From: Macrostomum lignano
Lineage: Eukaryota
Reading direction: 5' to 3'
Assembly: GCA_002269645.1 (NCBI GenBank)
Contig: NIVC01002644.1
Location: forward strand, 63,726-100,483
DNA: 36,758 bases
Made by a program: the position numbers and the translations under genes. Numbering within the stretch: position 1 is the stretch's first letter; the number at the start of each line of letters is the position of its first letter. Under the pieces are notes generated by a model. It saw only the letters and a program-made list of their open reading frames with translations, made no database searches and was not told the DNA's origin. Below are positions 17,552 to 27,147 of the stretch, one piece after another.

Positions 17552-18187
17552 ATGTCGACGTTCACTTCATCTGCCGCCGGTGCTTCAAAAAATGTCGCCG
17601 CCACCGCCGCGGACTCTGCCAGCGGCGTCTCCAGCGACGACGGCGAGAGCGTTGGCGCTGACGCAAAAAAGAAATTCATCGTAGCGGTTGACACCGGCAA
17701 CACAACAGAGCCGCTGCGTCGAGGCCAGCCAAAAACTGGCTACGATTTGGCGCGCAAACGGCTAGACAAGCTGATGTCGAAGCCGGAAGAGCAGGTCCAG
17801 CTGCCCGGACCAAAGCGAGAGCACCGGCCGCGCGAGCCGTGGCAATTTGTGCGCAACATTCGCGGCAGCTCCGCCGGCGTCGGCTCCGGCGATTTCGACA
17901 TCTATCGGGGCATCCGTCGGCGAGAATTCGAGCGTCGAGAATACATGGATAGAAAGGACGCCGAGGCGCAGGCGGAGAAAGAGTTCGAGGAGCGGGTCAG
18001 CGCCAAGCAGGCCGAGCTGGAGGAGAAGCAGGCTAAGAAGCGGGCGAAACGGGCTAAGAAGAAGGCCAAGGCTAAGCAGGCTAAGGGCAAGCAGCCGAGA
18101 TTAGGGGATAACGCGGCAGCTGCTTCTGCTGGAGCGGGATCTTCGTACGGATCGGAAGACGAGAGCGGCGACGATAACGCAAAGTAA
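17552..18187 (+). CDS. PRKRIP1: PRKR-interacting protein 1 (DUF1168 family, spliceosome-associated), intronless CDS
   Basis: RLDKLMSKPE...P.....PREPWQFVRNIRGSSAGVGSGDFDIYRGIRRREFERREYMD followed by a K/A-rich coiled coil matches PRKRIP1. ATG 17552 is preferred, with ATG 17435 as the alternative. Confidence 0.92.
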   Translation: MSTFTSSAAGASKNVAATAADSASGVSSDDGESVGADAKKKFIVAVDTGNTTEPLRRGQPKTGYDLARKRLDKLMSKPEEQVQLPGPKREHRPREPWQFVRNIRGSSAGVGSGDFDIYRGIRRREFERREYMDRKDAEAQAEKEFEERVSAKQAELEEKQAKKRAKRAKKKAKAKQAKGKQPRLGDNAAAASAGAGSSYGSEDESGDDNAK

Positions 18188-18212
18188 GGAAGGGGTCGAG
18201 AAACGGCCAAAG

Positions 18213-18596
18213 CAATGGAGCTTTTGTCTATGGTAGCAATTGGCTGGCACAGCCAATTTTAATTTAATTTGATCCATCATAGCGCCTATGAAAGCAATTT
18301 ATTTGAGCAAATTTCACTGTACCAATACAAGGTGACGTCAAGTATAACAAAAACGAAGAGCTTTCTTCTAGCGTGGTCAATTAAAACACCGCTTTGATCA
18401 CAAGTCCGTGGCGTTTGTTCGACAGTCCACAATTCTGGGACTGAGCTTGCTCGTTGCTTCTCCTCGCCTTTCGTTCCTACCGCTTGTGACAGTCGTGTCT
18501 AAATGAAAATCTTCAAGGCTGAAACTATTTGGCGGCTTTGGACCAAATCAAATGCTGTTTGTGCCAGCCTTGCTACCATAGACAGAAGCTCCATTG
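18213..18596. mobile_element. MITE-like element, 384 bp, ~38-bp imperfect terminal inverted repeats
   Basis: CAATGGAGCTTTTGTCTATGGTAGCAATTGGCTGGCACA at the left end and TGTGCCAGCCTTGCTACCATAGACAGAAGCTCCATTG at the right end. No internal ORF and no clear TSD. Confidence 0.8.
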
Positions 18597-19199
18597 ATTT
18601 GGCAAACATTGATTTGGATTGAATTTAAATCAGTGAGTGTAAGCTCAGATGATAGGCTGCAAAAATGTATATTACGGTATAGCACGAGTATCATGTATAT
18701 TCTGTGTAATTCGCTGTGCCGTTGTTTTCATTGTCGGCTGATTTTCCATGCAGGAATGGCATTCTTGCACTCTTTTGCGTGCAGGAATGGATGTCTATGG
18801 TAAAATCTCACTGAAAAAGCATTAGGCGCAGAAATGCATTCCTGCACTGTTTTGTGCATTCCTGCACGATGAATAATCCGACAATGGGATTCCTGCACGT
18901 TCACTCGTGCGTGAAGGACATCGTGCACTCGTGCGCTAGCGCACACTCGTGCAGATGTCATTCCCGCACTCGTGACCGTGCAGGAATATATCATTGTGTA
19001 ATGCGCAAATCAATGTCTTGTAATTTTGTTGCTCTTTTTGCGGAACAACTTGACAACTACGTCTGTAATAAATTAACTAATTATATTGTACTTTATGTAC
19101 TTAATAACATCATAACATTAATGACAGATTTAATATCAAGTCTGTCAGTGTCTCTGGTAGTTGTTTACATGAAATTGCTTACTTGTATCAAGTAATCCA

Positions 19200-19472
19200 A
19201 TTTTTATTTGAGGCAACGGGGCTGTGTGCACCCTGGCGCACTTTAAGAGACATTAAGAGACATTGTCACACAACTGGCAAGAGGTTTATCATTAGGCATG
19301 TACACTTCACTGTGACTTGGGGGTTGGTTCAAGGGTGTGACGAGCGTAATTGCACGAGCAGAGGCAAGCCCAGATTCCAATTTAGCCCCAGATTAATGCG
19401 ACTGCACTGGGAATCGAACCTGGGCCGCTGGTACATCAGAGCGCTGCGCTAGACCACAGGGCTACAGCCCCC
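19200..19472 (-). mobile_element. tRNA-derived SINE
   Basis: The - strand head GGGGCTGTAGCCCTGTGGTCTAGCG...CCCAGGTTCGATTCCCAGTGC has an A-box at 19454-19464 and a B-box at 19410-19420. The tail is A-rich (CAAATAAAAA), and the body recurs at 19814-19942. Confidence 0.75.
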
Positions 19473-19610
19473 TCCTTCCGCCCTCAGTCCGCCCCTCTGC
19501 TCCGCTCCTTTCCGCCTTCTAATTTCGCTTTCGTTTTCCATCACTTTTTGTCAATATTCTGGATCAATTGAATAGTGACATTTTTCCTCTAACCAACAAA
19601 GTATTCAAGA

Positions 19611-19691
19611 AGCAAGCAGTGATGACACAAACGGGACGTAATGCTGATCTAGTTTAGTGATTGATCGCAAATCTGATGTCTGAGGCTTGCT
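19611..19691 (+). ncRNA. SNORD82: Second C/D-box snoRNA copy, SNORD82/U82-like
   Basis: Terminal stem AGCAAGC/GCTTGCT, box C GTGATGA 19619-19625, the same guide CGGGACGTAATG, D' CTGA 19644-19647, C' TGATTGA, D CTGA 19680-19683. Confidence 0.82.
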
Positions 19692-19813
19692 TTTTATCTT
19701 AACTTAAAGACCCACAAATCTCTGATGTTTCCGGGTTCTTTTGCAAGTTTTTTTCCAATTTTTCAACCAGAGCCACGCAGGTGAATGTTGAGCAAAACCG
19801 GGACATTCATTTT

Positions 19814-19942
19814 TAGGCATGTATACACTTCACTGTGCCTTGGGGGTTGGCTCTCAAGGGCTTACTATAGTAAAATTGCACGAGCAGAGCCAAGCCGAGA
19901 TTCCAATAGCCTCAAATGAATGTGACTGCACTTGGAATCGAG
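19814..19942 (-). mobile_element. Diverged partial copy of the same SINE
   Basis: TTAGGCATG..TACACTTCACTGTG.CTTGGGGGTTGG...TTGCACGAGCAGAG...ACTGCACT.GGAATCGA aligns to 19292-19418. Confidence 0.75.
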
Positions 19943-20444
19943 CATCGAAGCGCCACACTAGTCCAGGTTAAAATTTCTAGCGCTCAAGGCGCTGTCTTCT
20001 TTAGTCGCCTATAATGCGGTCTAGCAAGTCATGCAGTAATAAGCAGATGTATGCTTATTGGTCAATTTTTTGTTTCCGTGGCGAAAGAATTAACATGCTT
20101 TTAATCGCCGCGGTCGTTGCCTACTGATTGCAATTCACGAATCGAGTGCATATCAGTTCTGGTGTACTCTTTACGTATCCTTGAGGCCTGCGAATTACAT
20201 GTACATTAGTTTTTCATGCATGTGGGTCGATAGATGGTAGATCTGGACTACATATGATTCTAATCTGAATAATAATTTTGGTAGTTATAAACTTTATGTA
20301 CATGTAAACTTACAATTCGCAAACGTCCGGAGGCAGCTGGAAAGTAAAGAATCAATGATTCTACTTATTACTGCTCAAAAACAACGAGCACTATATGCAT
20401 GTATTTACTGCTACATGTGTAGATATACATCATCATCATCACAA

Positions 20445-20900
20445 TCACAATATACTAAATCTCTAAGATCTGTCTGTCTGTCTGTCTGACCGGTATTCCA
20501 GTCCACAGCCTGAATGCCTGAACCGATTTTTTTCAAACTTGCTTCACTCAATTGCAAATTCTTGTGAGATTGTGTGGGTGTAATTGCATTTAAAAAATTC
20601 GAATGGGAAGATGGTTAAATAATCGAAAAACGAGTTTTCCCTATGCTTTCGATGGGAGGCTAGAAAAGGTCAAAATCTCACTAACTGAATTTCAATTCCA
20701 ATTAAGATTGCGCCACAACTTTTCTCTGTTCACTGTGTACGCCTCAATACTGGCTGCAATAAGGGAGAGGAAAATAATGCTCAGTGGCTGCGTGTGTACA
20801 TTCTGACCCTGGCTGACTGGCGGACTGCATAGACAATTGCTATTAATAGATTTCACTCAACTCTGCATTGGCTCTGCCTGCACATAACTGCTTAATGAAC
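20445..20900 (+). mobile_element. Helitron-like non-autonomous element, 5' portion
   Basis: A|TC start TCACAATATACTAAA, then (CTGT)n and AACCGATTTT. Shares blocks with the array monomer (ACTGAATTTCAATTC..TAAGATTGC..CACAAC) and with 23261-23335. The 3' end is uncertain and may be the CTAG at 22887. Confidence 0.55.
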
Positions 20901-21294
20901 TGAGCAGCCTATCACTGCTATGTATTTGACTGCAGTGCCGAAGCATATATGGCTGATTTTTGCGCCCTCCGATCAGTAGGCGGAATAGCCGCAGTGTAGG
21001 CACTAGGACTAGGTTTAGGCTAGGCGTAAGGTCCAAGGTTCGAGTCCGCCTCCCCAGCGGCTAATTAAAATTAAATAAATTCATTCATAAGTAGCTTCTG
21101 CCTAGACTATTTTGAACATTTTTTGATTAATTGTAATTAATTTTTTTTATTAATTACAATAATTTATTTTGCTACTCGCACAAGCCACTAAGCAAATTTG
21201 ATTTGATTTGTAAAATCTTAAGATCCCATTAACTGTTATTATCTAGGTTTATAGAAGTAAATATTACTAAACTGCAGGGGATTAAATTACTTAA

Positions 21295-21565
21295 CTGCAG
21301 ACAATGCTGCTAAACTGCTGAGGTATTGCTAAATGCTGAGTGGTGCAAAAGATTGCCGATATGTATCGAAAATCGATCAGTGAGCCATAAAATGCTGAGC
21401 TAATACATTGTTGAAAGCATCATTGCAGTAGACGATGCTGCTAAACTGCTGAGGTATTGCTAAATGCTGAGTTGCGCAAGACTGCCAATATGTATCGAAA
21501 ATTGATTAGTGCGCCGTCGTAAATGCTGAGCAAAATTTTAAATCATTGAAAAGATCATTGCAGTT
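21295..21565. repeat. Two diverged tandem copies of a 131-bp unit
   Basis: GAC.ATGCTGCTAAACTGCTGAGGTATTGCTAAATGCTGAG at 21300 and 21431. Confidence 0.85.
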
Positions 21566-22074
21566 TGCTGAGAATACTGAGGGGCCAGCTGAGAGAACTG
21601 CAGACTGCTGAAGGGATAAATGAGAATTATTAAGGAAACACTTGCTGACTGCAAATGAATTGACTGCAGACTACTGAGGGGAACTGCAGATTGTTGAAAG
21701 GATCATTGCAGACTGAAAAGGGGACAAACTGCAAACTGCTGACGTTGGTTAGTTTCTCGAGACTTATGAGCGTATAAGCTGCAAACTGCCGAGGGGATAG
21801 CTGCAGACTGCTAGGATAATAATGGCAGACTTCTGAGGAGGATATCTAACTGTGAATAATTGTAGCTTGCAGAAGGGACAATTCTGGGTCCCTGAGGGAT
21901 AAATGAATAATAATAATAAAAGTTGTAGAGTGCTAATGAGTTGTATGACTGCAGTCTATTTTGCAGAATTAGAAGGGATAATTTCAGGTTGTTGTGGTTG
22001 TTGAAACTGCCAATTTCTGGGGAGGGTTTAACTTTAAACTTCTGAGGCGATAATAGTAGTCCCCTTTTAGCAGT

Positions 22075-22695
22075 TTGGGAGTGGTGCTAATCTGGGGAGC
22101 GGTGCTAATCTAAGGGAGTGGGGCTAATATAAAGGAGTGGGGGGGGTAATCTGGGGGATTGGGGCTAATTTGGAGGAAGTAGCGGTGCGAATTTTTGCGG
22201 AGTGGTGCAAATCTGGAGAAGTAGTGCTAATCTGGGAAGGTGAAACTATCTGGGAAGCGGTGGTAATCTGTGGAGCGGTGCTAATCTAGGCTGAATGCTA
22301 ATCTGGGCTGAGTGCTAATCTAGGCTGAGTGCTAATCTGGGCTGAGTGCTAATCTGGGCTGAGTGCTAATCTGGGCTGAGTGCTAATCTGGGCTGAGTGC
22401 TAATCTGGGCTGAGTGCTAATCTGGGCTGAGTGCTAATCTGGGCTGAGTGCTAATCTGGGTGTAGTGCTAATCTGGGGGAAGTGGGGCTAATCTGGGGTG
22501 TAGGGCTAATGTGGGAGAATAGTGCTAATCTAGGCTGAGTGCTAATCTGGGCTGAGTGCTAATCTGGGCTGAGTGCTAATCTAGGCTGAGTGCTAATCTG
22601 GGCGCAGTGCTAATCTGGGCGTAGTGCTAATCTGGGGGAAGTGGGGCTAATCTCGGGGTGTAGGGCTAATGTGGGAGAATAGTACTAATCTGGTG
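22075..22695. repeat. 17-bp minisatellite (GCTAATCTGGGCTGAGT) with degenerate flanks
   Basis: Period 17 at 22331, 22348, 22365. Confidence 0.93.
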
Positions 22696-22887
22696 AGGAT
22701 TTGAAAATAACGAATAATCATAAAAGAACTATAAATGAATTGACATTGCAAAGTTTCAAACATTAAGAAATGTAACTTTTTAGAACTTTTTAGTCTCAGT
22801 AAAATTGGTGTACAACTGCTTAGAGATTAGCTAAAACTGCTTAGCTAAACTGCTAAGAAGCCACCCGGAGGGGGGCTAAATGGCTAG

Positions 22888-23718
22888 TCTTAATACTAAA
22901 GTTGGTGCGATGTTTGTCTGTCTGTATGTTGCAATTTTTCTCCAAGACTACTTGCAACTCAGCGTTGAAACTTATATGGGTAAACTGCAAATTTTCTGGG
23001 TTGGGTTTATAGCTATTTTAATCTTTCATTTTCACATTTTAAGATCCCTAAAAAAGCAGAAATAATATAACAATAGGGAATATGATCCACCTTGCGCAAC
23101 TCTTAGTGATTGCGCCACAACAGCTGGCCTATCTGTGTAGTGTATTCTTTTAGCTGAAGGGGTGTAACCGGGCCAGTTGGCATCAATTTTTAGTGATTAC
23201 GCCATAACTTTCTCCTATCTCGGCAGTGTATTTTCTCTCCAATGGGGGAATGGGGGCGTTCTCAGTGGCTGCGTGTGTACAATCGGACCCTAGCTCACTG
23301 GCTGATTGTATAGACAATTGCGCAACGATATGTTTTCTGATTTTCAATAGGCAGCCCTGTGTATTTGTTGGACACTGTGTATTTGTTGGACAGTAAAATT
23401 CAAGGAATAAACTTGCGAGCCTCCCACTGCTGCAGGCAGTGAACGTACACTCGATAGTTCAATTCCTTAAAACGGGAAATTTCAAAGCCAAACTGTTCTT
23501 CGAGTTTTAAACTTGAGGAGGAGACTTATATTGCTGGAAAGAGGTTGCAACGCTGAGTTAGGGGATATAAGTTGTTTGCTCTAAATGTGAAAATTAAAAG
23601 CACAGCATTCGAAAAGCAATTTCCATACTTTTAACTTTTTGCAAAGATCGTACTCATTTTCGAGGGTTCAATGAGGGTTTGACAGACCCCCAACAGTGGG
23701 GGGGGGTTCAATTTCTAG
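22888..23718 (+). mobile_element. Helitron-like non-autonomous element (~830 bp)
   Basis: Starts TCTTAATACTAAAG...TTTGTCTGTCTGTATG directly after a hairpin+CTAG. The candidate end is ACCCCCAACAGTGGGGG..TTCAATTTCTAG at 23718. Confidence 0.5.
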
Positions 23719-23892
23719 CTGCGCTGCGTATTCGAAGGGGTTCGGTCGCTGTGTATTGGAGGGTTGATTTAGATTGCGCAATTTTTTGTTAACTTTAACC
23801 GAGGCTGATACTGACTGCCTGAGAAATAAGTTGCGCAATTTAATTGGTTCAATGTTTTTACGGCGCCTTTCAACACGCAGCTGTGTGTAGCT

Positions 23893-23916
23893 CTAACCCT
23901 AACCCTAACCATAACC
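23893..23916 (-). repeat. Short interstitial (TTAGGG)n-like tract
   Basis: CTAACCCTAACCCTAACCATAACC on the + strand. Confidence 0.6.
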
Positions 23917-24699
23917 AATGAATTCTGAGAGCTGGGTTCTGTTTGACGGAGAAATTTTGATTGAGTCCAGTTACACGGAGAGGATTTTCGCGGAGAGGAT
24001 TTCGATGGTGTTCAGTCTCACGGAGACGATTTCTGTTTCGCGGAGAGTTCATGGAATGGGATTCCGGTGATGAGAGTTCTTCCCCTTTCTTCTCCGAAGG
24101 AGGAGTTGGCCTCGTTCCAATATACTAAAAATGGTCTGTCTGTGTCTATGTGATCGATTAGAGAAAAAATGGCTGGACCGATTTTGTTCGAACTTGCACT
24201 GTTCGATCAGAAATTTTCCCGTGACTGTACATGCATCGTGGCTAAGAAATTGCTCGATGCTAAAGGCATTAAATATTCGAAAAACATGCTTTTTTGCAAA
24301 GGTCAAGCAAAATTTTCGACTTGAAATGCATTGTAAGAATGCTAGAAAAAAACCTGACTGAATTTCAATTCTGATAAAGATTGCATCACAACAAGTAGAA
24401 AACAGTGCCAAAAAAATGCACACACGACTTGATTTAAATTGCGTAACCAATATTGCTAACTTGAATTGAAACTGATACTGTCTGACTGAGAAATTGATTA
24501 TGTCATAACTTTTTACTCTAATTGACTTGCTGTAAGAATTGAATTATAAGGGCCACAATTGATGTACTCCAATTGAAAAGAGATAGCCCAGATGCGAACA
24601 GACTGGAATGCTAATGTAGCGACCTGGGTTCGAATCTTAGTAGTGCAAAATAATTTTTTTATTAAAACACCTTGAAAACATAAAACTGCTAAACATAAA

Positions 24700-26690
24700 A
24701 GAAGCACAATGTCAAACATATCAGTGGCACCATGTCGAACATTAAAGAGCCACCATGCCAAACATAAACGAGCCACCATGTCAAGCATTAAAAAGCCACC
24801 ATGTCAAACATATTTGTGACTCCATGTAAAACATATATACGTGACTCCATGTCAAACATTAAAGAGCCACCATGTCGAATATAAAAAACCTACCATGTCA
24901 AACATAAAAGAGCCACCATGTCAAACGTAAAAGAACCGACATGTCGAACATTAAAGAGCCACCATGTCAAACGTAAAAGAACCACCATGTCGAACATTAA
25001 AAAGCCACCATGTCAAACGTAAAAGAACCACCATGTCGAACATTAAAGAGCCACCATGTCAAACGTAAAAGAACCGACATGTCGAACATTAAAGAGCCAC
25101 CATTAAGAACATTAAAGAGCCACCATGTCAAAAATTAAAGAGCCACTTTGTCATACTTAAAAGAGCCACCATGTCGAACATTAAAGAGCTACCATGTCAA
25201 ACATAAAAAAGCCACCATGTCAAACTTTAAAGAGCCACCATGTCTAACAATAAAGAACCACTTTTTCGAACATTAAAGAGCTACCATGTCAAGCATAAAA
25301 GAGCCGACATGTCGAAAATTAAAGAGCTACCATGTCAAACATTAACGAGCCACCATGTCAAACATTAAAGAGCCACTTTGTCGAAAATTAAAGAGCTACC
25401 ATGTCAAACATAAAAGAGCCAACATGTCGAAAATTAAAGAGCCACCATGTCAAACGTAAAAGAACCACCATGTCGAACATTTAAGAGCTACAATGTCAAA
25501 CATTAAAGAGCCACCATGTCAAACGTAAAAGAACCACCATGTCGAACATTTAAGAGCTACAATGTCAAACATTAAAGAGCCACCATGTCAAACATTAAAG
25601 AGCCACCATGTCAAACATAAAGGAGCCACTTTGTCGAACATTAAAGAGCCACCACGTCGAACATTAAAGAGCCACCATGTCGAACATTAAAGAACCACCA
25701 TGTCAAACATTAAAGAGCCACCATGTCAAATAATAAAGAGCCACCATGTCAAACACTTGAGAGCCACCATGAAAAAAATTTAAAGAGCCACCATGTCTAA
25801 CATTAAAGAGCCACCATGTCTAACATTAAAGAGCCACCATGTCCAACATATATGTGACTCCATGTCGAACATTAAAGAGCCACCATGTCGAACGTTAAAG
25901 AGCCACCATGTCGAACATAAAAGAGCCACCATGTAAAACATTAAAGAGCCACCATGTCTAACATTAAAGAGCCACCATGTCGAACGTTAAAGAGCCACCA
26001 TGTCAAACATTAACGAGTCACCATGTCAAGCGTATACGTGACTCCATGTCAAACATTAAAGAGCCATCATTTCAGACATTAAAGTGTCACCATGTCGAAC
26101 ATTAAAAAGCCACCATGTCCAACATTAAAGAGCCACCATGTCTAACATATATGTGACTCCAAGTCGAACATTAAAGAGCCACCATATCGAACGTTAAAGA
26201 GCCACCATATCGAACATAAAAGAGCCACCATGTAAAACATTAAAGAGCCACCATGTCAAACATTAACGAGTCACCATGTCAAGCGTATACGTGACTCCAT
26301 GTCAAACATTAAAGAGCCATCATTGCAGACAGTAAAGTGCCACCAGGTCAAACATTAAAGAGCCACCATGTCAAACAATAAAGAGCCATCATGTCGAACA
26401 TAAAAGAGCCACCATGTCAAACATTAAAGAGCCACCATGTCAAACATAAAAGAGCCACCATGTCAAACATAAAAGAGCCACCATGTCAAACATAAAAGAG
26501 CCACCATGTCAAACATAAAAGAGCCACCATGCCAAACATAAAAGAGCCACCATGTCAAACATTAAAGAGCCACCATGTCAAACATAAAAGAGCCACCATG
26601 CCAAACATAAAAGAGCCACCATGTCAAACATAAAAGAGACCATTACAAACGTAAAAAGAAGCGTCATGCCAATCATAAAGAAGCCATCAT
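24700..26690. repeat. 23-bp satellite (ATTAAAGAGCCACCATGTCAAAC), unit A; also fills most of 27760-29440, 29680-30200, 30420-30630, 31790-33700, 33940-34890, 36040-36758
   Basis: Period 23 (e.g. 25571, 25594). There is an 11-monomer (253-bp) higher-order duplication at 26008/26261. Confidence 0.97.
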
Positions 26691-27147
26691 AAAGCTAAGA
26701 AAATTGTTGCACTAGATACTTATTGTCTGGTGGATGCTTGCTATTTAAGGATAGATACTTGCTATCAATTGGATGCTTGCTATGGGGGGGTGCTTGCTAT
26801 CTGGGGGTGCTTGTTATCTGGGGGGGGGGGATGCTTGCATGCTGTCTTGGGATGTTTTCTTTTCGCATTGCTCTTCATTTGAGCAGTTTGTATGTTGTCT
26901 TTGTGAAGGCTTTATTTGGATGTGTTTTTGATCCGTGTGGAGAACAGAGATTCTATCCAGATGTCCCCAATACTTCTTTATTGATTTATTTCTTGTCGAC
27001 TGTATTTTTATGAGTTAGTATATACTATTTCAAAGTGTTTTTTTAGAAAGTGCTTTGTGGAATGTTCTTTTATTAGTATTGAAAAAAACTATTTTATATG
27101 AAATTTGTCGATGGAAATCTAAATATACTAAATCACAATATACTAAA

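Noticed and set aside
19400-19472. Functional tRNA gene on the - strand
   Set aside because: A and B boxes are present, but there is no complete cloverleaf and the sequence continues into a repeated SINE body.
20010-20100. Possible H/ACA snoRNA (hairpin AATAAGCA/TGCTTATT, downstream ACA)
   Set aside because: I could not build the two-hairpin H/ACA architecture by eye.
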